Source: Candidatus Poseidoniaceae archaeon (GTDB lineage: Archaea > Thermoplasmatota > Poseidoniia > Poseidoniales > Poseidoniaceae). From it: 60,332 nucleotides of DNA. A program made the translations under genes and the position numbers. How positions within the stretch are numbered: the stretch's first letter is position 1; every line of letters starts with the position of its first letter. Below, piece by piece: positions 21,101 to 29,731 of the stretch. Location: NCBI GenBank assembly GCA_049606035.1, contig JBMYVD010000006.1, positions 1 to 60,332 on the forward strand. Reading direction: 5' to 3'. The notes beneath the pieces are model-generated. The model saw nothing but the letters and a program-made list of their open reading frames with translations. It had not been told where the DNA came from and ran no database searches.

Positions 21101-22215
21101 CTGACATAATGAGAACCTGGACAATTATCTGTTTAACTTTCTCATGGACTGCTCTGAAAGGAATTGGTACCGTTATCGGTGCAATCTGGGCAACTTACGA
21201 TTCAATCGTAAACGGTCAGAAGTACGCATTACTTGCACTACCTCTCCTGCACGCATTTGCAATATGGAACGTAATGGAGCAACTGAATGTAGCAGATGGT
21301 ACTCAAGATCTGTTTGTTGGAGGAGTATTGATGATTGCTGGAATTGCAATGACAATTATCTCTTCTAAGCCGGAAATGGCATGGAATTGGAAAATCTATG
21401 ACTGGGGTGATGAAATTGAGTATTATGGCTGGATAGACAGAGTAGGTCAACTAGGAATTGTCTACTTCCTGACTGGTATAACATGGGCGATTGGAGAGGC
21501 AGACCTAGACCAGTTCCTATGGGCTGTGTGGGCAGCATATCTCTCCGGAATCGCAGTTCAAGGATTCAGAGATGAGACGGAAACTCCGTGGAGGAGAGGT
21601 TTCGGTTCAATGGGTTCAATTTTCTCGCTGTTCATGCTATCATTGACATTCGACACAGAGTTGTACACCTACGTGACTTGGATGTTCCTTGGTGTAGTCG
21701 CACTTGGATTCGGATTTGCTTACATCTCTAGAATGGGAGAAGTTTCTACAATCTATACAGAAGATTACACTGAAGTCAAAGAGGCGATTATTGAGAGGCA
21801 GACAGGCGGAAGTATTGCTCAAATGGAGGCTATTCCAGAACCTGTGTTAACTGATGACGAAGAAGAGGAAGAAGTCGAGGTAATCGAAGAATCAGTGGAA
21901 GCAGAAGATTACGACGAGGACGGAATTGAAGACGAAGACTTCGACTTCTCTGAATTGGATGAAGAAGAGGAAGATGTCGAAGTCTCCAAAGCTCAAGAAT
22001 CAAAGAAAAAAGTCGAGAAGAAGATTGAGAGAAAGAAATCCACTCTAGAAATCCCCAAACCGGTAACGAGCGCTTTTGATTACGACTTGATTCTAGACCC
22101 AACAATCTCTCAAGCGATTCAAAACTCTCTGGCTAACACGCCTCATGAAGGATTCAAGCCAGTGGTTTCAGTCTCCCAGAACGGTAGTCTGAAGATTGAT
22201 TTCGTACCAATCTGA
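18127..22215 (+). CDS. Large polytopic membrane protein of unknown function (1362 aa)
   Basis: Tens of hydrophobic segments and a very acidic C-terminal tail. Confidence 0.8.
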   Translation: MADSPSRPKRPTAARALSSRAGTLSANAVSTPNVQLGIIGETRHVVNSGLQKFAQLILFGIAMVAIWAGLLSIAFFGDETGQQEFLVLGFGGLLSGFLAISLVEFQRRKGGNELQNVHDYMLGVAFFFLAVGTLYGSRWVVGLLAEQGVDWLIPANSPDPTITDWNPSANAIYVQMAATVSLALAQTMYLNRLRGVTTFGWAVTTFTPLVVALIGSSIWMEWSDNIVSWELGISMIALASLSMWLSLRANSGIIFSVVAVTSGLLPLLYEYSNEDTGSGGALSLLVFIIGVQGILAADKRLRQDLMQITSIFLVGEVIIAMLIAREGDFELILGPIRQYELGELAPYLTLQVGLWLAVLVAYFPATLMRRIPYMPIGLAASLFLIEPSASLIPWMTTMIMLPYLLVISKVTRNWVANMTMVAVGFSFFAQSHFMGGFEPGWLEFTILVVVLMSGEAGRQKGHLSDWAHFVTLGLLILSESVLFGDDPYTPWSLFIYAVVSSFMMMMEAEKSEDKQKAFEASAATAATMVLAIILSAFDRLEVPLPDNIASNLDGFNITLAVVGIVVYSAMRKFKSIELDIGVLLNWADSQRKKMVPVYDSNTNAWVLPDADAEHDPMEYSWGPLGRMSLIGPMVLFTIALTSVGITDLAQNIIWTVLMVVPIGIIISEVLLEKEASSSGRMIATLTLIAVSFPMAVGLNDARWETGVLYNSMILFDVMLLAGPLGISVMLDRKGLNDDSLNRTADIVTMMGLLILGLFDTTGGLLFVAMYALVFSRALKHRLNFILCIAPLALLLYAQRFVSDGAIMAEILSIFDLVAYDPTETTILDLSRFTFIIMTITNLVILVRAVIDRRTTEFIEFESPVAIPALWLTLGIFGVLPEASWLLLSMTVLLTIYSWLIGKLDLIPWTPVMAFFSFYIGFTNDPNFSHFDDIDYLTNSLLGTGLFTLCINQASSTKFLYKYADEVDSASSIEGMAFSVFNLDSDEARDRLTDIMRTWTIICLTFSWTALKGIGTVIGAIWATYDSIVNGQKYALLALPLLHAFAIWNVMEQLNVADGTQDLFVGGVLMIAGIAMTIISSKPEMAWNWKIYDWGDEIEYYGWIDRVGQLGIVYFLTGITWAIGEADLDQFLWAVWAAYLSGIAVQGFRDETETPWRRGFGSMGSIFSLFMLSLTFDTELYTYVTWMFLGVVALGFGFAYISRMGEVSTIYTEDYTEVKEAIIERQTGGSIAQMEAIPEPVLTDDEEEEEVEVIEESVEAEDYDEDGIEDEDFDFSELDEEEEDVEVSKAQESKKKVEKKIERKKSTLEIPKPVTSAFDYDLILDPTISQAIQNSLANTPHEGFKPVVSVSQNGSLKIDFVPI

Positions 22216-22255
22216 TTGCCGCCATAATGAAACACTGCGGGTTTGTGGCAAACCC

Positions 22256-22789
22256 ATGGCAGGAGAGATGGTTTGGATCGACTTGGAAATGACAGGTTTA
22301 GATTTGAACACCGAGTCGATAATTGAGATTGCTACAATAATTACCGATGGTGAATTGAACATAATCGCTGAGGGGCCTAATCTTGCTATCAAGGTCAGTG
22401 AGGAACTGCTAGCGAATATGGATGAGTGGAACACCACTCACCACACATCATCTGGGCTTGTTGATAGAATTCGAAATGAAGGTGTCTCTCTTGAAGAAGC
22501 AATTAAGCAAACTTGCGATTTCCTAGAACAAAATATAGAGCCCGGCACTGCACCGCTATGTGGCAACTCAATACACAACGATAGAGCGTTTTTGGCAAAA
22601 GAAATGCCTGAGGTTCTCGATTTACTTCACTACAGAATAGTAGATGTTTCAACAATCAAAGAACTAGTCAATCGTTGGTATCCAGATTTGCAAAGATACA
22701 GGAAGAAAGAGGCGCATAGAGCTCTAGATGACATTATTGAATCGGTAGAGGAACTGCGGCACTACAGGCAACATATCTTCAGAGATTGA
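22256..22789 (+). CDS. orn: Oligoribonuclease
   Basis: VWIDLEMTGL, MDEWNTTHH..SGL, PLCGNSIHNDR and HRALDDIIES (DEDDh). Confidence 0.95.
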   Translation: MAGEMVWIDLEMTGLDLNTESIIEIATIITDGELNIIAEGPNLAIKVSEELLANMDEWNTTHHTSSGLVDRIRNEGVSLEEAIKQTCDFLEQNIEPGTAPLCGNSIHNDRAFLAKEMPEVLDLLHYRIVDVSTIKELVNRWYPDLQRYRKKEAHRALDDIIESVEELRHYRQHIFRD

Positions 22790-23582
22790 CACCTTTGTGG
22801 GCTGCTAAAATCTCTGCTAGTACCGCTATTGCGATTTCTTCGGGGCTCTCTGCCCCTATTGCAAGACCAATCGGACAATTTACTCCATCAAGGGTTTCTT
22901 GGTCGATACCAGTTTCAAGTGCAACCTTAGTGAACGCTTTCCACTTTGATTTGGAGCCAATTACTCCTAGTCTCCCTGCATAACCTTTGGTGAGTAAACC
23001 AAGAAGACGTTCCTCATCCTCTTTCCAATCATGCCCAAGCAGAAGGATATCACTGAATCGTGAAAGTGTTTCTTGAGTCTCACTTTCAAGGAAATCCTTT
23101 GGACAAGAATGATGGGTCTCTATCGCACCTTCAAGTGTGGCGTAATCAGCCCTTGAATCCTGAACAGAGTATTTCCAATCAAGTGGAATACATGCTTCTG
23201 CTATCGCTTTAGCGCAATGTCCGCCTCCCATCAGAAGTATGTGTGGCATCGGAATCAGTACCTCCAAGGCGACCGTCACCCGGCCGCCACAAAGGCTGTC
23301 CAGAGGTTGCACCTCATAGCCCTTAGCACCCTTGTTCAATCCGTAAGTTACGACTTCTCCACATGGTTTTGAGGCTTCAGAAATCAACTCTCTAAGCCTT
23401 GAAATCACTTTCATCTCCAAGCCAGCACCTCCGACCGTGCCCACTAGATCTGACTCGGTCAAAGCAAGCCTAGCGCCCGCTTTACCAGGAACTGAACCGG
23501 ATGTGTCGACTACACTTGCAATCGCAACTTTGCGATTTAGGGAGAGTTGGTCAAGCGACCACTGTAAAACCCTCGCCGTCAC
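22779..23582 (-). CDS. xdhC: XdhC/CoxI molybdoenzyme maturation factor
   Basis: GSVPGKAGA, GTVGGAGLE, CGG, GGGH, GVIGSKSK and PIGLAIGAESPEEIAIAVLAE. Confidence 0.9.
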   Translation of the reverse strand: MTARVLQWSLDQLSLNRKVAIASVVDTSGSVPGKAGARLALTESDLVGTVGGAGLEMKVISRLRELISEASKPCGEVVTYGLNKGAKGYEVQPLDSLCGGRVTVALEVLIPMPHILLMGGGHCAKAIAEACIPLDWKYSVQDSRADYATLEGAIETHHSCPKDFLESETQETLSRFSDILLLGHDWKEDEERLLGLLTKGYAGRLGVIGSKSKWKAFTKVALETGIDQETLDGVNCPIGLAIGAESPEEIAIAVLAEILAAHKGVNL

Positions 23583-24121
23583 TGTAGTCCCTCCAAATCG
23601 GCGGGCGTGTCGATGTTCATATGTTCGCCGGGAGCATCAATTTTTGAGATAGTTATGCTTTCTCGCAGGGATGCGTCTTTTGGCAGAGATAGGACTTTGT
23701 CGATTTCACACAGCATCAATGGATGACCAGATGGTTTTGGAGACGTGTTTTCATTGCATTCAATCAAGGCCTCAACAGTTTGTAAGTTCCAACCACAACG
23801 GTCGACTGGACTTACAAGTACCCTTCTTGGTGTACGGCCTAATTCACTTACCAATGAGATTAGACCGATTTGTAGAGACCCTGTTCTTCCCTCTTCGGGA
23901 GAAGGGTTGACCACCACTATTGCACCGTCACATTCCAACATTACATCAACCTGTAATTCAGACCTAGTTACAACGAAAATAGGCGAGCAGCCACTCTCGG
24001 TTAGGATTCTTGTTGCCCGAGCCACAAGGGATTCGCCATTCCATTTCACTAGGGCCTTAGGTTGACCTAATCTGCTGGATGCACCAGCTGCCAACACTAT
24101 GGCGGGCACGCCTTTTGCCAT
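23579..24121 (-). CDS. mocA: MocA/MobA-like molybdenum cofactor nucleotidyltransferase
   Basis: IVLAAGASSRLGQPKAL and NIDTPAD; adjacent to xdhC. Confidence 0.8.
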   Translation of the reverse strand: MAKGVPAIVLAAGASSRLGQPKALVKWNGESLVARATRILTESGCSPIFVVTRSELQVDVMLECDGAIVVVNPSPEEGRTGSLQIGLISLVSELGRTPRRVLVSPVDRCGWNLQTVEALIECNENTSPKPSGHPLMLCEIDKVLSLPKDASLRESITISKIDAPGEHMNIDTPADLEGLQ

Positions 24122-24125
24122 AGGC

Positions 24126-25274
24126 TCACAAATCCTTGGTAATTTCACGACCGATGATCATTCTCTGAACTTGACTACTGCCTTCGTAAATCTGCATGAC
24201 TTTAGCGCCACGCATCAGTCTTGCAACCGGATACTCCTCTGAGTAGCCATATCCACCATACACTTGAACTGCATCTGTTGCAACCTCCATTGCAGTGTCT
24301 GAAGCGAATCTCTTGGCGTGGGCAGCAGATTCTGTATTTCTGACACCTGCATCTCCATCAGCAGCTGATTTCCATGTTAGCATTCTTGATGCTTCGATTT
24401 TTGTTTTCATGTCTGCGAGCATGAATTGGATGGCTTGGTGGCGGTGCAGAGGCTTGCCAAATGTCTGCCTTTCTCCAGAATATTGGAGTGCATGCTCGTA
24501 AGCAGCCCTAGCAAGACCTGTAGCGTGTGCAGCGATATTTGGCCTTGACATATCGAATGCCTTCATTGCATTCATCCAGCCACCAGATTCAGAGCCACCG
24601 ACTAAGTTCTCAGCAGGAACTCTCATGTCATCAAATGAAATTGAACGTGTATCCGAGCATCTCTGGCCCATATTGTTCTCTTTCTTGCCTAGAGATAGTC
24701 CTTCAGAATCAGCATCCACAATGAAACCTGACATTCCTTTGTATCCTGCATCGGGGTCGGTTTTGGCTAAAACGAAGAACCAGTCTGCCTTACCTGCTCC
24801 GGTAATCCACATCTTTGAACCGTTGATCACGTAATCATCGCCGTCCCTTACAGCCAATGTTTTGCAAGCAGCAACATCTGAACCTGCTCCTGGCTCAGTA
24901 ACTGCATAGGAGGCCAGTGCACCTTCTTCTGCAACCATTCGCAAATACTTGTCCTTCTGCTCATGCGTTGCTCCAGTGATAACAGGAGCACATGCTAGAC
25001 TTGTAGCGTAGGCAGCGGTAGCAAAACCAGGGTCGCCCCAGGCCAATTCCTCATTGACGAGAACTTCTTCCATAATTCCTAGACCTGGCCCTCCATAGTC
25101 TTCAGAGATGTGTAGATTGAGCAAACCCATCTCGTGTGCGGCATTGATTGCGTCTTTTGGATACTCGGAATTTAGGTCCCAGTGTTCTGCATTCGGTCTA
25201 ATCTCATCGACTGCGAATTCGTGGGCAAGTTCTCGCAGCATTAGTTGCATCTCATCCAGTTGGAAGTCGACCAT
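24126..25274 (-). CDS. Acyl-CoA dehydrogenase
   Basis: YAVTEPGAGSD, INGSKMWIT, QVYGGYGY and IYEGSSQVQR. Confidence 0.95.
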   Translation of the reverse strand: MVDFQLDEMQLMLRELAHEFAVDEIRPNAEHWDLNSEYPKDAINAAHEMGLLNLHISEDYGGPGLGIMEEVLVNEELAWGDPGFATAAYATSLACAPVITGATHEQKDKYLRMVAEEGALASYAVTEPGAGSDVAACKTLAVRDGDDYVINGSKMWITGAGKADWFFVLAKTDPDAGYKGMSGFIVDADSEGLSLGKKENNMGQRCSDTRSISFDDMRVPAENLVGGSESGGWMNAMKAFDMSRPNIAAHATGLARAAYEHALQYSGERQTFGKPLHRHQAIQFMLADMKTKIEASRMLTWKSAADGDAGVRNTESAAHAKRFASDTAMEVATDAVQVYGGYGYSEEYPVARLMRGAKVMQIYEGSSQVQRMIIGREITKDL

Positions 25275-25315
25275 GTTACGCCCACAAAGCCATTCAGCAT
25301 AAGCAGTACTGTTAA

Positions 25316-26443
25316 TCAAATCACGAGATAGCCTTGCCTTTGTAATTCAATTGCGAGTAAGAATAGAAGATAGAATGTAATCAAGATACTACCTTCCCAT
25401 CTACTGAATTGGAAGCCAGTCCACATCATGGCTAGACAAAGCGATACACCAAGCAAAGTTGCTGGGATAATGAGATACATTGTAAGGTCGTATGAAGCAT
25501 CCGTTAGTGAGATTGGAGAGACTAATGCAGCAATCCCGATGGAGAGTAGTGGATCGGTTATGTTCGAGCCAATAAGCGTTCCAATTGCAACACCCTGGCT
25601 CTTTCTTACCGCAACCATCGCCACGGTCAACTCGGGAAGTGAAGTTCCTAATCCGGACATAGTTGAGCCGACTATAGCATGTGGTACATTCAACTTGTAC
25701 GCAATTTCAGCTGCGTACTTTACCAACTCATTTGCAGCATAGACCGCAAGAGATAATCCGACTACAACCATTACGAAGTATGCTGTCCCTGTCCAACTGA
25801 AATCCGCTTTCTTCACTCCATCGACAGCCTGCTGTTCATCTTCTCTAATCTTGTCTGTATCGCTCAACAACCAAGTCAAGTAAAGACCGTAAATCAGGAC
25901 AAGAATACCACCTTCAATTCGGGAAAGCCCGCCTCCTTCCCACAATAGTGCGGTCAACAATACGACAGACATCAACATCAGTAGTCCGTCCCTCTTTAGC
26001 CATGCAGGCCTTATCTCAAGAGGTTTGAAAGCAACTACTATTCCCAAAACTAATGTAATTTGCACTAGAACAGAACCGTAGATATTTCCAACTGCTAAAT
26101 CCATCAGTGCAGGATCACTCCCTGAACCTGCCGAAGCGGTGGCTGTGACCAAAATTTCTGGCAGCGATGTTCCAATACTCACGATTGTCAAACCGATTAC
26201 AACCTCTGCCATTCCAGCTCTTCTAGCGAGTCCCTTTGCACCCTCAACGAAGAAATCCGCAGATGTGATTAAGAGAGCCAGTGCAATGATTATCAGAATG
26301 ATCAGGATTCCAATATTTGTCCAGTCATTTTTTGCTGTTATTCCACCAAGAATTGCCAAGGTGAGGAAAAGCGCAAATGAAATCAGAAGTGCATTCCACT
26401 GAAGCAGAGAGGCTATACCCTGCCTAGGAACCTCTTCCGCCAT
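25316..26443 (-). CDS. Ca2+/Na+ antiporter (CaCA, YrbG-like)
   Basis: Two alpha repeats GTSLPE, with GNIYGS and GTLIGSN. Confidence 0.9.
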   Translation of the reverse strand: MAEEVPRQGIASLLQWNALLISFALFLTLAILGGITAKNDWTNIGILIILIIIALALLITSADFFVEGAKGLARRAGMAEVVIGLTIVSIGTSLPEILVTATASAGSGSDPALMDLAVGNIYGSVLVQITLVLGIVVAFKPLEIRPAWLKRDGLLMLMSVVLLTALLWEGGGLSRIEGGILVLIYGLYLTWLLSDTDKIREDEQQAVDGVKKADFSWTGTAYFVMVVVGLSLAVYAANELVKYAAEIAYKLNVPHAIVGSTMSGLGTSLPELTVAMVAVRKSQGVAIGTLIGSNITDPLLSIGIAALVSPISLTDASYDLTMYLIIPATLLGVSLCLAMMWTGFQFSRWEGSILITFYLLFLLAIELQRQGYLVI

Positions 26444-26514
26444 GATTATCCTCAAATGAAACTCCTCTTTGATGGTTGCGAAATATATAGAGAAAAATCA
26501 TACACATCTTTCTT

Positions 26515-27120
26515 TTGAGAAAGACTGTGTGGAAGAGGTACCTTTCCGAATTTTGTGGTACCTTTTTGATGGTACTTCTCGGGTGTGGCTCGGTTGCGTT
26601 AGGATGGAATTCTTTTGCAGTTAGCCTTACATTTGGATTTGCAGTATTCACTGCGATTATGATTTTTCAACCAATTTCAGGAGCTCATATCAATCCTGCT
26701 GTATCCATTGCTTTTGCCGCAAATGGTGATTTGGAAAAAGAAGCGCTGCCAGGCTATATTGTTGCTCAATGTTTTGGAGGATGGTTAGCCGCGGTGATTG
26801 TTGTCTCTGGTGCAACATCACCTGCTGTAGGGTATGCACAATCTTGGGGAATTGAAATCGCAATTACCCTCCTTCTGATGTACTCCATACACGTATTGGT
26901 TAGAAAAGAGGCAAACCTGTTTGCCCTTGCATTTGGCGTAGGTTTGATGGTTGCAATACTTGCTTTCTTCTTTGGTGGATTTACAGGTGCCAGCATGAAT
27001 CCTGCTCGAACCCTGGGTCCAAACATAGTTACTGGAGAGGGTAACTTGATTCTATATATCGTTGCACCAGTCGTTGGAGCAGTGCTTGCTAACTTTATCC
27101 CTGAACCACTTGACGAATAG
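26515..27120 (+). CDS. MIP family aquaporin
   Basis: EFCGT, SGAHINPAVS and GASMNPAR (two NPA boxes). Confidence 0.93.
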   Translation: MRKTVWKRYLSEFCGTFLMVLLGCGSVALGWNSFAVSLTFGFAVFTAIMIFQPISGAHINPAVSIAFAANGDLEKEALPGYIVAQCFGGWLAAVIVVSGATSPAVGYAQSWGIEIAITLLLMYSIHVLVRKEANLFALAFGVGLMVAILAFFFGGFTGASMNPARTLGPNIVTGEGNLILYIVAPVVGAVLANFIPEPLDE

Positions 27121-29677
27121 CTTTCACAACGTGTTCCAAACTCGGCACGGTGTGGTTTTCAAGTGGAGGAGCGAAAGGCACTGGAGTATCTAATGCGCCA
27201 ATTACCAAAGGCGCAGATTCCAATGCATAGAACGCTTCTTCCATAATTCTGGATTGCATCGAGTGGCCAATACCACCAAACCACTGTCCTTCTTGAAGCA
27301 CGACAAGACGGCCTGTTCTTGTAACGCTTGAGACACATGTCTCTGCATCGAACGGGATGAGTGTCCTTACATCGATAATTTCCACTTCGATGTCTTCCTT
27401 TGCTAGTTGATCAGACGCAAGTTTGGCTATGTGTAACATCGCACCCCAAGTAACCAATGTGACATCTCTGCCACCTCTTACCACACCTGCCTTTCCAATT
27501 TTGAGTCGATTGCCTGATTCAATTGCATCCTTGACTGGTTGAGTGTCGACCTTTTGGCTGATATTTTGACCCCAACCAGTTAGACCTCCCCGCAGCCCGT
27601 AAAGACCGATGTGCTCAAGGAACATAACGGGGTCATCTAATTCTGCAGCCTCTCTGAGGAGGTCGTATGCATCTTGAGGAGTGCCCGGAGCGACAACTAC
27701 CAACCCTGGGTCATTTGCATACCAAGATTCAATCATGTTTGCGTGGAAAGGCCCACTACGAGTTCTTGCACCCAGTGGAACACGAATTGTAAGAGGCACG
27801 TTTGCACCCCATCTCCAACGCAGCATTGCTGCATTATTCAATAGGGCATTGTGAGCAAGAGCAGCAAAACCACCAAATTGAATCTCAGCCATAGGTCGCA
27901 TGCCAGATAGCGCAGCACCAGTTGCGGAGTGAATGATGACCGCTTCACAAAGAGGCATGTCCAGAAGTTTGTCCTGATGCCCGTTCGCCTTGAGTGGAAT
28001 GTTCATTCCAAACGCTCCAGCAACTTCCATGTCCTCTCCCATGAATATTGTAGAGTCCCCATATTGTTCTGCAATATCACACATTGCCTGTTGAATAGCT
28101 CTAGAATAAGTCCATCCGCCACTTTCAGCGTACTCAAGTAAGCATTCACCTACATCGAGCACTGCTTTGTGTTCCGCGTGAATTGTCGAACCTGATAATC
28201 GGATGAGATGGTCTTCGTGGGTATCTGCGTCATGCAGTGATGTGATTCCTTTTGTCACGGTTGTTGGGTCAGCCCAATCCATTTCTTCGACGTGCTTTCT
28301 TGCAGCGTCTAATAACTCAGATTCTTCTTCTTCCATCTGTTTCAATTCTTCTTCGCTAATTCCTAGTGATAGCAGTAAGTTTCTGTGAGTCGGGATTGGA
28401 TCTTTATTTTCCCAATAGGTCAAAAGTTCTCTGTCAACATATCCTGGCGGAGTTCCAGAAGGCGCACCAAGGTACAGGTCATCGTGATGATGAGCGTGCC
28501 CACAACCCCTCATTGTCTCAACATGGATTAGGGTTGGTCCACCGCCAGAAAGCGAAAATTCTCTTGCGCAAGCAACAGATGAATGCCAAGATGCAGGATC
28601 TGAGCCATCGATTGTCCATGATGGCATTCCCATTGCAACCGCCTTATCTGCCCACAACTCTACATTAGATTGGTTCACTGGAGGTGTGTCTAGGGCAATC
28701 TGATTATTCTGAAGGATGTAAGAGATTGGCAGTCCCCTAGTGGCTGCTAAGTTGAGTGCTTCCCACCATTCTCCAGACGAAGATGAACCTTCACCGATAC
28801 AAGCGACGTGGAAACGGTCTTGCCCTTTCTTCCATGAAGACAAAGCCATTCCGGTCATTGTCACACTTGCGATTGGTAGCGGAGCTGTTGGTGGTAAAAC
28901 TCCTCTGTGGAAACATCCAACGTGAAGGTCTCTACCACCTGCTCCCTCTATTCCTCCGTTCATCACAGAGTCGACTTTACCCATTTGTGCCGTCATCAGG
29001 TCTGCAGGTGTATCGCCCATAGCCATACACAAGCCAATATCTCTAATCATCGGTGCAACAAAATCTCCCTCGTAAGGTGAACCGGGTTCGTTTTCTGGGA
29101 ATCTGTTCAGTGCCGTTGCGACTGCAACACAAGCCTCTTGCCAAGTTGAGCGGAATCCTTTACCTCCAAATTTACCTCCATCTGGAGTGTCCATTCCAAC
29201 AGTGAATATCTCCTTGAGATGACTGTCTAGATTTCGTGTTCTAGTCATCATTCTCTGCCATTCCATGCGCATGTCGTTTGATATCGACATGTAGTGAGCA
29301 AGTCTTCTAAGGCAAAGTGTGATATCGATTAGGAATCTTTCACCCCTTCTTTCAAGATGGAGTTCTGAATCTCTTCTTGGGATTACTTCTCCATCTGTTA
29401 ACCCGTTGACCTTCATACGACCACTGAGACCCTGTTTGAGAGCATCTGTGAAACGATTTGAAAATTCATGCCACTGTTCACCATCGAATGATGTCTCTTC
29501 CCTGTGGACGAAGTCCCAAACAGCTCCGACTAGTTGCAAGTGGCCATCATGCCTTTCTGCAGTGAATCGAAGAAGTTCACTTTTTGCAGCATCTGCTGGA
29601 AGAGAATTCAGGAAATTCAGAGGTTCTTCCGGCCTCCAATGCAAACCACGAATCGGCGGTAACTGTCCTTGAGTCAT
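27095..29677 (-). CDS. Fused 2-oxoacid dehydrogenase E1 alpha+beta with N-terminal extension
   Basis: TPP motif IGEGSSSSGEWWEALN...QNNQ; beta-part GED, DMPLCE, EIQFGGF, GPFH and PFD. Confidence 0.85.
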   Translation of the reverse strand: MTQGQLPPIRGLHWRPEEPLNFLNSLPADAAKSELLRFTAERHDGHLQLVGAVWDFVHREETSFDGEQWHEFSNRFTDALKQGLSGRMKVNGLTDGEVIPRRDSELHLERRGERFLIDITLCLRRLAHYMSISNDMRMEWQRMMTRTRNLDSHLKEIFTVGMDTPDGGKFGGKGFRSTWQEACVAVATALNRFPENEPGSPYEGDFVAPMIRDIGLCMAMGDTPADLMTAQMGKVDSVMNGGIEGAGGRDLHVGCFHRGVLPPTAPLPIASVTMTGMALSSWKKGQDRFHVACIGEGSSSSGEWWEALNLAATRGLPISYILQNNQIALDTPPVNQSNVELWADKAVAMGMPSWTIDGSDPASWHSSVACAREFSLSGGGPTLIHVETMRGCGHAHHHDDLYLGAPSGTPPGYVDRELLTYWENKDPIPTHRNLLLSLGISEEELKQMEEEESELLDAARKHVEEMDWADPTTVTKGITSLHDADTHEDHLIRLSGSTIHAEHKAVLDVGECLLEYAESGGWTYSRAIQQAMCDIAEQYGDSTIFMGEDMEVAGAFGMNIPLKANGHQDKLLDMPLCEAVIIHSATGAALSGMRPMAEIQFGGFAALAHNALLNNAAMLRWRWGANVPLTIRVPLGARTRSGPFHANMIESWYANDPGLVVVAPGTPQDAYDLLREAAELDDPVMFLEHIGLYGLRGGLTGWGQNISQKVDTQPVKDAIESGNRLKIGKAGVVRGGRDVTLVTWGAMLHIAKLASDQLAKEDIEVEIIDVRTLIPFDAETCVSSVTRTGRLVVLQEGQWFGGIGHSMQSRIMEEAFYALESAPLVIGALDTPVPFAPPLENHTVPSLEHVVKAIRQVVQG

Positions 29678-29731
29678 GGTTCATCCCAACACGCCGAGAA
29701 GGACGTCTTTTATCAGCCATGCCATTGAAAT

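Noticed and set aside
24057-24070. Perfect TTAGG-TTGA-CCTAA box
   Set aside because: Lies inside the mocA CDS and is explained by codons for the conserved RLGQPK motif; probably coincidental
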